From Gammaproteobacteria bacterium (GTDB lineage Bacteria; Pseudomonadota; Gammaproteobacteria; Eutrophobiales; Eutrophobiaceae), in contig OZ242265.1 in the NCBI GenBank assembly GCA_965207165.1, forward strand, positions 1,501,593-1,565,592: 64,000 nt of DNA. Direction: 5' to 3'. Every line of letters starts with the position of its first letter. Position 1 is the stretch's first letter. The notes under the pieces are model-generated. The model saw nothing but the letters and a program-made list of their open reading frames with translations. It searched no databases and was not told the DNA's origin. A program made the position numbers and the translations under genes. Positions 36,457-47,251 of the stretch are shown piece after piece.

Positions 36457-37968
36457 ATGCGGGACGTTTCTGCATTATTGCTGCGTGCAATCAGCGATCA
36501 ACTGAGGGAAAGGATTATTCCGGACCTCACGGCTGCCGACGCCATAGAACGAGCCACCCTTTCGACCCAGGTCCTTGAGTTACTGGCGTCTGATATCGAT
36601 ACACTGGCTGATGTAGCCGAGGTCCACACCCCTGAGTTTCGGAAAACGATTAAAACGGTACTTGGAACCCTGCCACGGGAGGTGTTTACGGAACTTCTGG
36701 AGAACTGGCTCAGCCGTCTTGACGCAATTGCACCTGAGACAGGCCTTGCCTGCCAACGGGAAATTCGCACCTTGCGCGATCTTTCCGCACATATTCTGCG
36801 AGCCTGCGCCGATCGATGCGATGAACTACCAGAGGGTGATACGCATAGCACGATATCAACCGTGGCGGCGACCCTGGGGGCGCAGGACCGGCGCTTGCTG
36901 GATGCTGTTGCCGCGGCCGGTTCCGTACGGGAAGAAAAGCAGCAGGATGTCAATGGCGGCCAGGACAAGGACTCTGCCGCACCGGCCGGTATCGAGTTAA
37001 GCCCCGAATCCGTTACGGGGTATCTCCGTCAACGCTACCCGGACTCTCCCGCCGTTAAGGCTACCGGTGTCGTAGCAATTCCCGGCGGCAGGTCGAAAAA
37101 AACCTGGATCATTTCCATTGAAAATACGGACGCCCTTCCGGGCGAAGTGGTCATGCGCCAGGATTATCAATTGCATTACGAGGGAACCAAGGTTCGGAAT
37201 GAATATGAGCCGCTGGCGACATTCTCTGGCCTTGGACTGCCAGTGCCGGCGCCACTGCTGTTGGAAACCGAAGAGACCAGCCTGGGACAGCCCTTTATGT
37301 TGATGGAAAAGCGCGCAGGCGCGCCGCCAGGCACCTATTTCGGCTTACGCGATAAATGTCCCGGCGCATTCGCCGACCTCGCCAATACCCTGGCCTGTAT
37401 TCATCAGACTGCTCCGGATGGATTGGGGTTTACTCCCGACGGGGACCCGGAACAAAGCCTCATGCGCCTCATCGGCAGCTACCAGGAAAAATGGCGAAAA
37501 TATTCCAATAAACCGTCGCCGATCATCGACTTCGCCTGTTGCTGGGCAAAACAAATGTGCCGCCAGGACCCGGGAACGGTTGCGGTTGTACATGGTGACG
37601 TCGGGCCTCACAATATGCTGGTGGCAAATGACCGGCTCACTGCGCTGTTGGACTGGGAGTTCTCCCACCTGGGTGATCCCGCGGAAGACCTGGGGATAGC
37701 GAGGGTCTATGCCGAAGATGTTATGGCCTGGGAGGAATTCATCCACCTGTACAGGGAAGCCGGCGGCCCGCCTGTGCCGGCGCGGCGAATTGAACTGGCG
37801 ATGGTTCTGCATTTTTTGAAAGGCGCCAGTCTTGTGGCCGTGTCGAGCCGTAATTTCGAGGAAGGCTGGACCAGTGAGTTCATTAAGGGAGCCACGTCAT
37901 TTGCCGGTTTGAGACAGATTGAACTTGTAATCGGATCCTTACTGCAGCGCTTTAATGCAATCCCGTGA
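36457..37968 (+). CDS. APH/choline-kinase-like phosphotransferase family protein with ~180-aa N-terminal helical extension
   Basis: 503 aa; VVHGDVGPHNMLV...LLDWEFSHLGDPAEDL kinase catalytic/DxD motifs; paralog at 50002..51339. Confidence 0.7.
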   Translation: MRDVSALLLRAISDQLRERIIPDLTAADAIERATLSTQVLELLASDIDTLADVAEVHTPEFRKTIKTVLGTLPREVFTELLENWLSRLDAIAPETGLACQREIRTLRDLSAHILRACADRCDELPEGDTHSTISTVAATLGAQDRRLLDAVAAAGSVREEKQQDVNGGQDKDSAAPAGIELSPESVTGYLRQRYPDSPAVKATGVVAIPGGRSKKTWIISIENTDALPGEVVMRQDYQLHYEGTKVRNEYEPLATFSGLGLPVPAPLLLETEETSLGQPFMLMEKRAGAPPGTYFGLRDKCPGAFADLANTLACIHQTAPDGLGFTPDGDPEQSLMRLIGSYQEKWRKYSNKPSPIIDFACCWAKQMCRQDPGTVAVVHGDVGPHNMLVANDRLTALLDWEFSHLGDPAEDLGIARVYAEDVMAWEEFIHLYREAGGPPVPARRIELAMVLHFLKGASLVAVSSRNFEEGWTSEFIKGATSFAGLRQIELVIGSLLQRFNAIP

Positions 37969-38011
37969 ACCAGGAGGCCGCTGCTGGGAAATACTTTGAT
38001 TGATTCCGGTA

Positions 38012-39244
38012 TCAGGCGTTTACCAAAACTGCCTTCTTTATATTGGCCTTGCTGTCCGCCAGGATAGCGACGTCGACCTGTGAACCGGACTTGATCACAT
38101 TCTGCGTCATGCGCATGAGTTTCGGCTGATTGACACCCAGCACCCCGACTACAACATCTTTTCGCAGGTAAAATATCATAAAGTTACCGGAGTCCATATC
38201 TCCCCGTATGACTTCCTGGTCCCCGGAGATGACCCCCGCCAACTGTAGCTTGAAATTATACTGATCGGTCCACAGAGACTGTATGTCGGTATACGGGTTT
38301 TTTTCACCATTCATATTCAAGGCAGCGCATTCGGCCTGCTTCTGGGCATGCATCCAGTTTTCACTACGCATGATCCTGCCCTCCCAGGCATCCGGGTAAC
38401 AGGCGACATCGCCGATGGCGAATATATCTTCGGCGCTGGTCCGGCAATATTCATCCACGATCACACCGTTATCGCATTCAATGCCGCATTCCCGGGCCAG
38501 CCGGGTAGCCGGCGCAACCCCCACGCAAATCAGCATCAGGTCTGCAGGCAGGCTCATTCCACTGGACAGTTGAAGGCGGGGACCCGCATTCTGATCCTGA
38601 ATCCCGGCAACCGAATCTTCCATGAAAAACTTCACACCCCGGTTCTCATGTTGTTCCTGCAACCATGCCGAGATATGTTCCGGCACCGACCGGGCCATGA
38701 CGCGGTCTGCGACCTCGATGACGGAAACCTCACTGCCGCATTGTCGCGCGCTGGCTGCCACTTCAAGGCCAATGACCCCGGCGCCTATCAACACCAAACG
38801 CTTGCCGGAGCCGAGTCCGGCTTTCAATGCAAGGGCATCCTGGTAACTGCGCAGGTAATGGTAAGGTATCCTGTCCTGCTCCAGTTCTGGTATTCGGCGC
38901 ACGTCCGCACCGGTCGCCAGCAGGAGCTTGTCGTATGCGAGGGCAGATCCATCTTCCAATACGAGTCGACGGGTACCTGGTTCAATACTCACAACCTGAG
39001 CGCCGGAAAGCAGCTCCAGGTTGTTTTCTTCATACCAGGTATCCGGCTTGAGATAGATGTCAGCCAAGGCATCGGCGCCCTGGAGAACGCTTTTAGAAAG
39101 TGGCGGGCGATCATAGGGTAATTCAGTCTCACCATTTATCAGAATTATGCGTCCGCTGTATCCCGCCTGCCTGAGCGCCCCTGCCGCCGCGACTCCGCCA
39201 AGCCCCGCACCGATAATTATTATGGTTTCCGGCTGATCCACCAA
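38012..39244 (-). CDS. FAD-dependent ferredoxin/rubredoxin-NAD(P)+ reductase (GR-type, putidaredoxin-reductase-like)
   Basis: 410 aa; two Rossmann motifs IIIIGAGLGGV and LVLIGAGVIGLE. Confidence 0.8.
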   Translation of the reverse strand: MVDQPETIIIIGAGLGGVAAAGALRQAGYSGRIILINGETELPYDRPPLSKSVLQGADALADIYLKPDTWYEENNLELLSGAQVVSIEPGTRRLVLEDGSALAYDKLLLATGADVRRIPELEQDRIPYHYLRSYQDALALKAGLGSGKRLVLIGAGVIGLEVAASARQCGSEVSVIEVADRVMARSVPEHISAWLQEQHENRGVKFFMEDSVAGIQDQNAGPRLQLSSGMSLPADLMLICVGVAPATRLARECGIECDNGVIVDEYCRTSAEDIFAIGDVACYPDAWEGRIMRSENWMHAQKQAECAALNMNGEKNPYTDIQSLWTDQYNFKLQLAGVISGDQEVIRGDMDSGNFMIFYLRKDVVVGVLGVNQPKLMRMTQNVIKSGSQVDVAILADSKANIKKAVLVNA

Positions 39245-39258
39245 CGTATTCCAGCTCC

Positions 39259-40281
39259 TTAGATTTCTTCTATGGCCTTGACAATGTCATACTGAATTTC
39301 ATTATCAACCAGCTCAAGATTACATTGAATGGTGTCAATAAAATCACCAAAGCGTTGTTTGACTACCGGCGCAATGTCTTTTGGTTCACCCCTGACCGTG
39401 AAGGTATCCATCATTTCATCAGTAATGGGCTTCCACAAGTCGTCCCATTTCCCTTCCTTGGTCATTTTCCTGCATTCCGGATGGATGTCGCTCCAGCCGT
39501 GCATATCGAGTACGACCTTGTAAGCCGGCGTAGAGGCATAAAAACCGAGGCGTTGGCGATGCCAGTCATCGTTAAACTTAAACTCATCCTCATTACTGCC
39601 GGTGACGATGTAAAGAGGCACCTGTATTTCAAATTCCGAGCGCGGTTTATTGTTCTTTTTCAGTCTTTCCCGTATTGCCGCATAGTTGATTTCCCGCAGG
39701 GTTTTTTCAGATACAAAAGAATGGGTCATCAGGCCATCTGCTACATCCACGGCAGCCCTGGTCATGCCCGGTCCCACGGCGCCAAGCATTACTTTGGGCC
39801 GCCCAAAACCACCAATCCACGGTTTAAATTCCGGGGTAATTAACGTGTGTCGATACGTCTCCCCGATAAAATTCAAGGGATCGTCACTCTCGAATGAGTC
39901 CCAGATAGCGTGTAAGGCATTTACATATTCCCGCATTTGACTCGCCGGTTTATCGCTCCATGGCATACCAAAGCGGCGGGAGATATGAGGTTTTATCTGG
40001 GAACCCAGACCTAAAGTAAAGCGCCCTTCGCAATACTGATTCAATGAATACGACTCCATAGCCATTACCATCGGCGGTTTTGAAAAAGCCACGGCAATGG
40101 CAGTCGCAAATTCGGCCTCTTTATCATGGCTTGCGCACATCAATGGAAGGAAAAACGGATTTGTTTTGTTTTCGAAACCGAAGAATGATTTATATCCCAG
40201 TTTTCTTTTGTGTAAAAAATCGGGCAACACATTGTTCAGATTGCCGGAGTGATTACTACGCAGCCTTTGTATCACTTTCAT
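39259..40281 (-). CDS. Luciferase-like (LLM) flavin-dependent oxidoreductase
   Basis: 340 aa; TIM-barrel LLM-like pattern; assigned from memory, moderate confidence. Confidence 0.55.
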   Translation of the reverse strand: MKVIQRLRSNHSGNLNNVLPDFLHKRKLGYKSFFGFENKTNPFFLPLMCASHDKEAEFATAIAVAFSKPPMVMAMESYSLNQYCEGRFTLGLGSQIKPHISRRFGMPWSDKPASQMREYVNALHAIWDSFESDDPLNFIGETYRHTLITPEFKPWIGGFGRPKVMLGAVGPGMTRAAVDVADGLMTHSFVSEKTLREINYAAIRERLKKNNKPRSEFEIQVPLYIVTGSNEDEFKFNDDWHRQRLGFYASTPAYKVVLDMHGWSDIHPECRKMTKEGKWDDLWKPITDEMMDTFTVRGEPKDIAPVVKQRFGDFIDTIQCNLELVDNEIQYDIVKAIEEI

Positions 40282-40312
40282 ACTCTCTACCTCGCTGTAT
40301 CTGTTGACTCAT

Positions 40313-41068
40313 TTATGCCGGCGAAGACGCCACAAGTATTCCGTTCAGCGCTCGTTTTAAATGTTGGAGGTCATCCGGCCCGGACAGGCGATGATCGCCG
40401 TTCTTAACCAGTTGCAAGACCACATCCCTACTTTCCAGTTTTTCCACCAGTTCCATGGAGCGCTGCCAGGGCACTTCCTGATCATCCAGCCCGTGCAATA
40501 TTTGCACAGGAATATTGAGCGGAATAGCACGGTGTAATACATAGTGTCTTTTTGCTTCTTCAAAAAAGGATTTCCTCACCCGATAGGGTGCCCTGTCATC
40601 ATAGTTATTGGGTATATCCAGCCACCCTTGCTCATCAAGCAATGCCTGTTGATGCCCGGGTAGGCGCCTTAACTGGAATCCTGTCATATCCGGGGCAGGC
40701 GCAATGCCCACTAATGCGGATATTTTCATCGGCCTGTTCTTCGCAGCCAGCAACATCAGCCAGCCACCCATGGAAGAGCCGACCAGGTGTTGCTCGCCTT
40801 CTGTAACCGTGTCGAGGATATCCAGCGTGTTTTGCAGCCAGAGTCCGATCGTACCGTCCTCAACATTTCCGGATGATTGCCCGTGGCCATAGTAATCGAA
40901 CCGGCAAAATTGGCGTCCCTGCTCCCGGCAATGTCGTTCGAGAAACAAGGCTTTATTACCCGACATCTCCGAATGAAAACCCGGGCAGAACACAACGCCG
41001 GGCGTTGTGCCTGGCGAGTGTTCATAAGCAAGGAAGTTATTATCCGGTTGATCCAGGAACAAGGGCAT
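40313..41068 (-). CDS. Alpha/beta-fold hydrolase
   Basis: 251 aa; nucleophile elbow GSSMGG, catalytic His near the C-terminus. Confidence 0.7.
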   Translation of the reverse strand: MPLFLDQPDNNFLAYEHSPGTTPGVVFCPGFHSEMSGNKALFLERHCREQGRQFCRFDYYGHGQSSGNVEDGTIGLWLQNTLDILDTVTEGEQHLVGSSMGGWLMLLAAKNRPMKISALVGIAPAPDMTGFQLRRLPGHQQALLDEQGWLDIPNNYDDRAPYRVRKSFFEEAKRHYVLHRAIPLNIPVQILHGLDDQEVPWQRSMELVEKLESRDVVLQLVKNGDHRLSGPDDLQHLKRALNGILVASSPA

Positions 41069-41228
41069 GACAGGGTTTAACGCGCAGTGTCCCCGCCTGG
41101 TCAGGCGACGGTAACGCCTGGTTCCGTGCTTCGGGCATTTCCATATCGTAAGGGGGATTGACGAGATTGAAATTCGGGGTCATGGGTTTTGCTCCTCGAT
41201 CACATGACCACGGGTTACGAGTACAGGT

Positions 41229-42041
41229 TCATACAGAATTGAAGTTCGCCTTGCGCTTTTCCAGGAATGCAGTTACACCCTCGACAAAGTCGGGATGTGC
41301 CGCGCAGTCACTGAATTTTTCGACTTCCAACTGCAGTTGCTCCGCCAGGACATTATGGAAAGACTGGCCAAACAGTGACTTGATGTTACGGACAGCCGAT
41401 GCAGGCAGTGCAACAATACGGGCAACCAGCGACTCGACTTCGGCATCCAGTTGTTCCGGAGTAACCAGGGTATTGACGAGGCCCCACTCGTAGGCCTCCC
41501 GGGCCGATACCTTCCTGCCCAGCATCGCCATTTCCAGCGCCCTGGCCGGACCAATCCTGCGCGGCAGCGCATAGCTGGTCGCGCCATCGGGACTGGTTGC
41601 GATATTCACGTGAGCGACCAGGAACAACGCAGTCTCATCGGCAATAACAAAATCACTGCTCGCGGCGAATCCCACGGCAGCGCCGGCACAGGCGCCCCGT
41701 ACCCGCGTAATGACCGGTTGCGGCATGGTCAGCAGGTTCCTGAAGATAGGTATCGAAGCGGCAACCTTCTGTTGAAATACTTCACGCCGCTCGTCCGGCG
41801 ACATTTCGAGGACCTGTCCAAAACCGGCAACATCACCACCCGCCATGAAATGGTCACCCGCCCCGGTCAACACCACACAGCGTATGCTGCCATCGGCGGC
41901 CACCCTGTCGAGAAATACCGCCATGTCCAGCACCATCTGCGAGGTGATGGCATTCCTTGCCCCCGGCCGATTAAAGGTGATGCGCGCGACCGGCCCGTCG
42001 ACGACGGTCAACAAGTCTGCATTCGGTCCCGATTTATCCAT
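41229..42041 (-). CDS. Enoyl-CoA hydratase/isomerase (crotonase)
   Basis: 270 aa; ARITFNRPGARNAI ... FMAGGDV crotonase motifs. Confidence 0.8.
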   Translation of the reverse strand: MDKSGPNADLLTVVDGPVARITFNRPGARNAITSQMVLDMAVFLDRVAADGSIRCVVLTGAGDHFMAGGDVAGFGQVLEMSPDERREVFQQKVAASIPIFRNLLTMPQPVITRVRGACAGAAVGFAASSDFVIADETALFLVAHVNIATSPDGATSYALPRRIGPARALEMAMLGRKVSAREAYEWGLVNTLVTPEQLDAEVESLVARIVALPASAVRNIKSLFGQSFHNVLAEQLQLEVEKFSDCAAHPDFVEGVTAFLEKRKANFNSV

Positions 42042-42070
42042 GAACTCTCCCCAATAATTGTGCTTTATGA

Positions 42071-42856
42071 TTAACGGCCGCTGAACCGGGGTCGGCGCCT
42101 TTCCTTGAAACCGGCCACCGCTTCCAGCACATCCTCCGAAGCCAGGGATATCTGCTCATAAGCCATCCCGATGGCAAATACCTCGTTCGCCCGGGCTTTG
42201 CTCAACTGATTGAGCGCCTTTTTGGTACCCTTGACGGCAAGCGGCGCCAGGGCGGCAATTTCCTCAGCCAGGGCCTTTGCCGCAGGCAATGCCTCCTCCG
42301 GCGTATCCACCAAGTCGGTTATCAGCCCAAACTCACAGGCTTCTTCCGCCGACAGCATCTTCCCGGTGAGAAGGTAGCGCTTGGCGCGATTCAACCCCAT
42401 GGCCATGGGCCAGGTCAGGCAGCCGCCATCACCGGCGACCAGCCCCACTTTCACATGGGTATCCGCCAGGTGCGCGGTCCTGCTTGCCACAATAATATCT
42501 GCGCACAAGGCCACGGACGCCCCAAGGCCGATGGCATCCCCCTGCAATGCTGCGACAACAGGTACGGGAGTGTCGAGCAATGCCTCGATTAACCGTATGC
42601 CGACATCACACGTCTGCTCCCGCAATTGCGCATCCTCCTGAAGACGCACAATCTGGTTGAGGTCACCACCCGCTGAGAATGCCCTTCCCTCGGCGGCCAA
42701 GAGTATCACGCGGACATCCGGGGAGTTGCGTACCTCCAGCAACGAATCGACCAGGGCGATATGCGTCGCTTCATCGATGGCATTGAGTGTGTCAGGGCGA
42801 TTCAAGGTGATGGTCGCCACATGGTCATCAACGGAATACAGCAGCGGTTCGTTCAT
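42071..42856 (-). CDS. Enoyl-CoA hydratase/isomerase (crotonase)
   Basis: 261 aa; ATITLNRPDTLNAID ... FSAGGDL. Confidence 0.8.
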   Translation of the reverse strand: MNEPLLYSVDDHVATITLNRPDTLNAIDEATHIALVDSLLEVRNSPDVRVILLAAEGRAFSAGGDLNQIVRLQEDAQLREQTCDVGIRLIEALLDTPVPVVAALQGDAIGLGASVALCADIIVASRTAHLADTHVKVGLVAGDGGCLTWPMAMGLNRAKRYLLTGKMLSAEEACEFGLITDLVDTPEEALPAAKALAEEIAALAPLAVKGTKKALNQLSKARANEVFAIGMAYEQISLASEDVLEAVAGFKERRRPRFSGR

Positions 42857-42934
42857 ATTAAACCTCGGAAACTATTAAACCAGGTACCATAAAAAATGCC
42901 CACGCAAGCACGGGCCGTCTTCGGTATGATTGTC

Positions 42935-43864
42935 TTACAGATCGTGGAACATGTCCCGTTCATAATGAACCGGCGTCTGTGAGTTACGCACAATCCCATG
43001 AACAGGCTCATTCAGGCTTGCCGGGTCGTCAAGCGTCGCATCACAGCGCGCACCGTGACTTGTTCCCTGTAATACTGAATAACCATTCCCCCAGGCTTCA
43101 AAGTAACGTCCGGTAATATCTGCAGATTCCGTACTTGCCAACCAGGTAACCAGGGAAGCAACGTAATCAGGGTTTCGACGGGCCAACTGCTCTTCCGTAC
43201 GCTCAATCAAACCTTCGGTCAAACGGCTTTCTGCACGAGGCGCCAGGGCATTAACGGTGACACCCATGCGCTTGAGCTCCAGGGCAGCCACAACACTCAG
43301 GATAGCCACACCCCCCTTCGCGGCGGCATAGTTGGTCTGGCCGATATTGCCGAACAAACCGGTACCCGAAGTTGTATTAATAATGCGGGCGTCTAATTTC
43401 TCGCCGGTCTTCTTGTACTGGCGGCGCCAGTAGTTCACCGCGTGATACATTGGGGCAAAAGTGCCTTTGAGGTTCACTTCTACAACGGCATCAAAATTCT
43501 GTTCCGAGACGTTCCACAGCATGCTGTCCCGAAGGATGGCGGCATTGTTTACCAGTACGTCCAGGCGCCCATAGGTATCGATCGCCTGCTGTATCATGGC
43601 CCCGGCTTCATCCCACTTTGCTACGTTGGCTCCATTGGCAACGGCCTCACCACCGGCGGAGGTAATTTCCTCGACTACCTCCTGCGCCGGCCCTTTATCC
43701 TGTCCTGTGCCGTCTTTCTCCCCACCCAGGTCGTTCACAACTACTTTTGCGCCATGCCTGGCAAGCATAAGCGCGTGCGCCCTGCCTACTCCTCTACCTG
43801 CACCGGTAACAACTGCAACTCTACCATCGCATAAACTCATTAATCTTCTCCTCTCCTGTGTCAT
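42935..43864 (-). CDS. SDR-family (hydroxyacyl-CoA-dehydrogenase-type, MFE-2-like) oxidoreductase
   Basis: 309 aa; VAVVTGAGRGVGRAHALMLARHGAKVVVNDLGG; YxxxK. Confidence 0.75.
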   Translation of the reverse strand: MTQERRRLMSLCDGRVAVVTGAGRGVGRAHALMLARHGAKVVVNDLGGEKDGTGQDKGPAQEVVEEITSAGGEAVANGANVAKWDEAGAMIQQAIDTYGRLDVLVNNAAILRDSMLWNVSEQNFDAVVEVNLKGTFAPMYHAVNYWRRQYKKTGEKLDARIINTTSGTGLFGNIGQTNYAAAKGGVAILSVVAALELKRMGVTVNALAPRAESRLTEGLIERTEEQLARRNPDYVASLVTWLASTESADITGRYFEAWGNGYSVLQGTSHGARCDATLDDPASLNEPVHGIVRNSQTPVHYERDMFHDL

Positions 43865-44004
43865 CAGGAATCATGGCTCTTTTAACTTCAACGTAACAAG
43901 GTGCAGTGATAGCCATACCAGCGCATGCGGCTCGGGCCATATTTAAGCCGGTATGCCACCTGACAGGCGAGAGATGCAATCCTGTCCGGGCCTTGTTTTG
44001 TTAA

Positions 44005-44020
44005 TATAGCATATGCTATA
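44005..44020. promoter_or_regulatory. Perfect 16-bp palindrome TATAGCATATGCTATA
   Basis: Divergent intergenic region between the SDR operon (minus) and the receptor (plus). Confidence 0.65.
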
Positions 44021-44148
44021 ATTATTGCGATAGTTAAGCAATCGTCTGGATAATACCAAACTTATTGCTGTATCAAATACCCAGGGGTACACAAGACGTT
44101 TAACGACAATGCATGGTTAATATATACAAAAGCAAATTGGGGGTTTAC

Positions 44149-46344
44149 ATGAAAACTAAAACGTCCGGAAACATAGTCGCTTCAGCTACCATACTTATTA
44201 CCTGCCTGTCAGTTTCCTTTAATGTGCCGGCGCAATTGGAAGAGATCATCGTCACGGCACAAAAACGTTCGGAAAATATCATGGCGGTACCGATCTCCAT
44301 TACCGCGATCAGCGGTGAAAGCCTGCTGGATGCCGGGGTCAGAACAACAGATGATCTGCAAGCAGTGGTGCCTGCTGCTTCATTTCGAAAGCAGATATCG
44401 GCCTTCGTACCGTTTATACGTGGTATTGGCTCTCAGAATACTGCAATCGGTACGGAAGCCTCGGTCGCGATGTATGTGGACGGAATATACCAGTCTTTAC
44501 CGGTTTCCAACGCAATCGGGTTTAATAACATCGAGCGCATCGAAGTTCTTAAAGGCCCGCAAGGCACCCTGTTCGGACGTAATGCTACGGGGGGAGCAAT
44601 CAATATATTCACCAAAGATCCGGAGCATGAGAGCTCGGGCACCCTCAAACTGGGTTATGGCAATTATGAAACGTTTAATGTTGACTTTTTTGGAACAACG
44701 GGCCTAACTGAAGATCTGGCCGTCAATGCCGCTGTACAATATGAAGATCAGGGTGAGGGATATTTTAACGATACCATTAACGACACCGATGTCAGTAAAA
44801 AAGACGGGTATTCCGCAAGAGTCAAACTGCTCTGGACGCCAGGCGAAAATACGGAAGTCAGGCTATCCGCAAGTTTTGAAGACACAGAAGGTGGCGTAGG
44901 AGGACAACGCGTCATTTCATCAGGGACAAATGTACTGGGAAACATGCCATTGGCCGGAAATAAACAGATCCAGCAGAACTACACGTACGGCACGAACACC
45001 GGATCAGAGTTTGAGGGAGCTGACCTGGAGCTCGAAAGCAGGGCTGTCACGTTGCGTATCGATCATGATATCGGCAACCATTCACTGGTCAGCATTACCG
45101 GCTGGCTTGACCAGGACTCATTTTACATCGTCGATCAGGACGTTGGCCCACTACCGGGCATTGATGCCGATCTTACTCACCGCAACAAACAAGTCAGCCA
45201 GGAGATCCAGGTGCTGTCAAATTATGACGGCCGGTTCAACTGGATTGCCGGTTATTACTTCTTGAATGCTGAACACGACTATGATCCGTTGCGGCTGAAG
45301 GGAATCTTCTTTCTGCCGTTGGACTTTATCGACATCAGAAATACTGCCGAGACAACATCCCATGCGGGTTTCGTGGAAGGTAATTATAAATTTACAGATG
45401 CAACCAACTTTACAGTTGGCTTTCGTTATACTGAAGACAAAAAGGAGTTGCGCGGACGAACTGACTACGGTGCAGGCGGTTTCATTGCCAACAGTGTCCC
45501 ATACTCAGGCAGCAAAACCTGGTCTGAACCGACATGGCGCGCCGTTCTCGATCACTGGATTACCGATGACGTCATGGCGTATGCCAGCTACACCCGCGGT
45601 TTCAAAGCAGGTTCGTTTAATGGTGTTGTTACATCCGGAGTGCTGGGTGCGCCGGTGAACCCGGAAACCATGGATGGTTACGAGATAGGTTTTAAAGGGC
45701 AATTTCTTAATAATTCATTGGCGCTTACGGGGGCTGTCTATTACTACGAAATTGATGATCTTCAATATTCGCAGCAGATTGTCGGTGGAAGCATACAACG
45801 TAATGCGGCAGAAGCCGAAGTTAAAGGTTTTGAATTATCGGGGCAGCTTGTTATGACTGGGGGTTTCAGTCTGTCCGGGGGGCTAGCCTATACCGACGCT
45901 GAATTTGTGGATTTCCCTAATGGCCTGGCGACAATCCCTAATCCCGCCGGTGTTGGAAATATCCCAGATGAAGATGTGCCGGGGCAGGGAAAGGATCTGA
46001 CTGGCAACACAGTACCAAGAACGTCTGACTGGACATTGAACCTGGCCCTTGGTCATGAGTGGGTCCTGGATAACAACGCTGGTGCCGTAAACTCTACGTT
46101 GACCTATTACTACAATGATGGCCACCCCTGGGAAGCGGATAACAGGGTTCGGGAGGATTCCTATTCACTGGTCAATGCCAAAATCGGTTATACCAATCCC
46201 ACCGGTAGGTATACTGTGGAAATCTGGGGCAAGAATCTTACTGAGGAGGAGTATTCATCGTATGCTACCTCGTCACTGCTTCAGGATGCTACAACGCCAT
46301 CTGTACCGAGAACCTATGGCGTCAGTTTGACGGTCAGTTTCTGA
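44149..46344 (+). CDS. TonB-dependent outer-membrane receptor
   Basis: ATG 44149 after GGGGG; signal peptide, plug (EEIIVTAQKRSENIMAVPISITAISGESL), C-terminal ...SLTVSF. Confidence 0.85.
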   Translation: MKTKTSGNIVASATILITCLSVSFNVPAQLEEIIVTAQKRSENIMAVPISITAISGESLLDAGVRTTDDLQAVVPAASFRKQISAFVPFIRGIGSQNTAIGTEASVAMYVDGIYQSLPVSNAIGFNNIERIEVLKGPQGTLFGRNATGGAINIFTKDPEHESSGTLKLGYGNYETFNVDFFGTTGLTEDLAVNAAVQYEDQGEGYFNDTINDTDVSKKDGYSARVKLLWTPGENTEVRLSASFEDTEGGVGGQRVISSGTNVLGNMPLAGNKQIQQNYTYGTNTGSEFEGADLELESRAVTLRIDHDIGNHSLVSITGWLDQDSFYIVDQDVGPLPGIDADLTHRNKQVSQEIQVLSNYDGRFNWIAGYYFLNAEHDYDPLRLKGIFFLPLDFIDIRNTAETTSHAGFVEGNYKFTDATNFTVGFRYTEDKKELRGRTDYGAGGFIANSVPYSGSKTWSEPTWRAVLDHWITDDVMAYASYTRGFKAGSFNGVVTSGVLGAPVNPETMDGYEIGFKGQFLNNSLALTGAVYYYEIDDLQYSQQIVGGSIQRNAAEAEVKGFELSGQLVMTGGFSLSGGLAYTDAEFVDFPNGLATIPNPAGVGNIPDEDVPGQGKDLTGNTVPRTSDWTLNLALGHEWVLDNNAGAVNSTLTYYYNDGHPWEADNRVREDSYSLVNAKIGYTNPTGRYTVEIWGKNLTEEEYSSYATSSLLQDATTPSVPRTYGVSLTVSF

Positions 46345-46371
46345 ATTATCATTCTTATTGGCGAAGCTACT

Positions 46372-47241
46372 CTACTCTTCCCGGAGCAAGTCCGAATGTC
46401 CGATTCTTTCCCGGGCAGGGTTGGGTCTCATCATAATGGACATGCCGCCATCTACGATGACCTCCGTACCGGTAACGTAGCTACCGGCGTCACTGGCCAA
46501 TAGCTGGACCTGGCCTTCAACTTCCTCGGGACGACCCAACCGGCCAAGGGCCGAATTACCGGCAAAATCCTTAACAAAAGCCTCGCCGGCGCCCGGGCCA
46601 TCCATTTGATCAAGGAGTTCAACTACGTTGGTTTGCATCATGTCTGTGTGGAAGGCGCCCAGGATCAGGCTGTTCACGGTAATACCATCATGGCCCAGTT
46701 CAGCCGCGGCCATCCGGGTGTAGGCATTAATCGCCCCTTTCGACGCTGCATACATCGACTGGCCGATTGATACAGCTCTGAGGGAAGATTCTGATGAACT
46801 GAAAATAATTCTGCCCCATTGTTTTTTTTTCATATGGGGTAGAAAACGTGTTACCAGGGAGACATTCGCGGCAAAGTTGACCTGCATCAGGTTTGCCATT
46901 ATTTTCTCCTGGTCATCACTGACGCCAAGTCTTGCTTCCTGTCCCGCATTACCGATAAAGATATCAACACCACCGAGTGTATCAATAACATAGTCCACCG
47001 AGTGCTCAATGTCTTCCCTGTCCGACAGATCGATCTTGCGGTAAATTACGGCATTGCCGGAATCCTCAGAAAGTTGTTTTGCCGCATCTTTAAGGACTGT
47101 TTCACGACGGGCGGCTATCATCACACCCGCACCGGATCGGGCCAGGCCCCTGGCCATATAATATCCCAGGCCGGTGGCTCCCCCGGTGACAAAGGCTGTT
47201 TTACCGGTCAGATCAAACTTTTTAAACGCATCGATATTCAC
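46372..47241 (-). CDS. SDR-family oxidoreductase
   Basis: 289 aa; KTAFVTGGATGLGYYMARGLARSGAGV. Confidence 0.75.
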   Translation of the reverse strand: MNIDAFKKFDLTGKTAFVTGGATGLGYYMARGLARSGAGVMIAARRETVLKDAAKQLSEDSGNAVIYRKIDLSDREDIEHSVDYVIDTLGGVDIFIGNAGQEARLGVSDDQEKIMANLMQVNFAANVSLVTRFLPHMKKKQWGRIIFSSSESSLRAVSIGQSMYAASKGAINAYTRMAAAELGHDGITVNSLILGAFHTDMMQTNVVELLDQMDGPGAGEAFVKDFAGNSALGRLGRPEEVEGQVQLLASDAGSYVTGTEVIVDGGMSIMMRPNPARERIGHSDLLREE

Positions 47242-47251
47242 GTTCGATTGA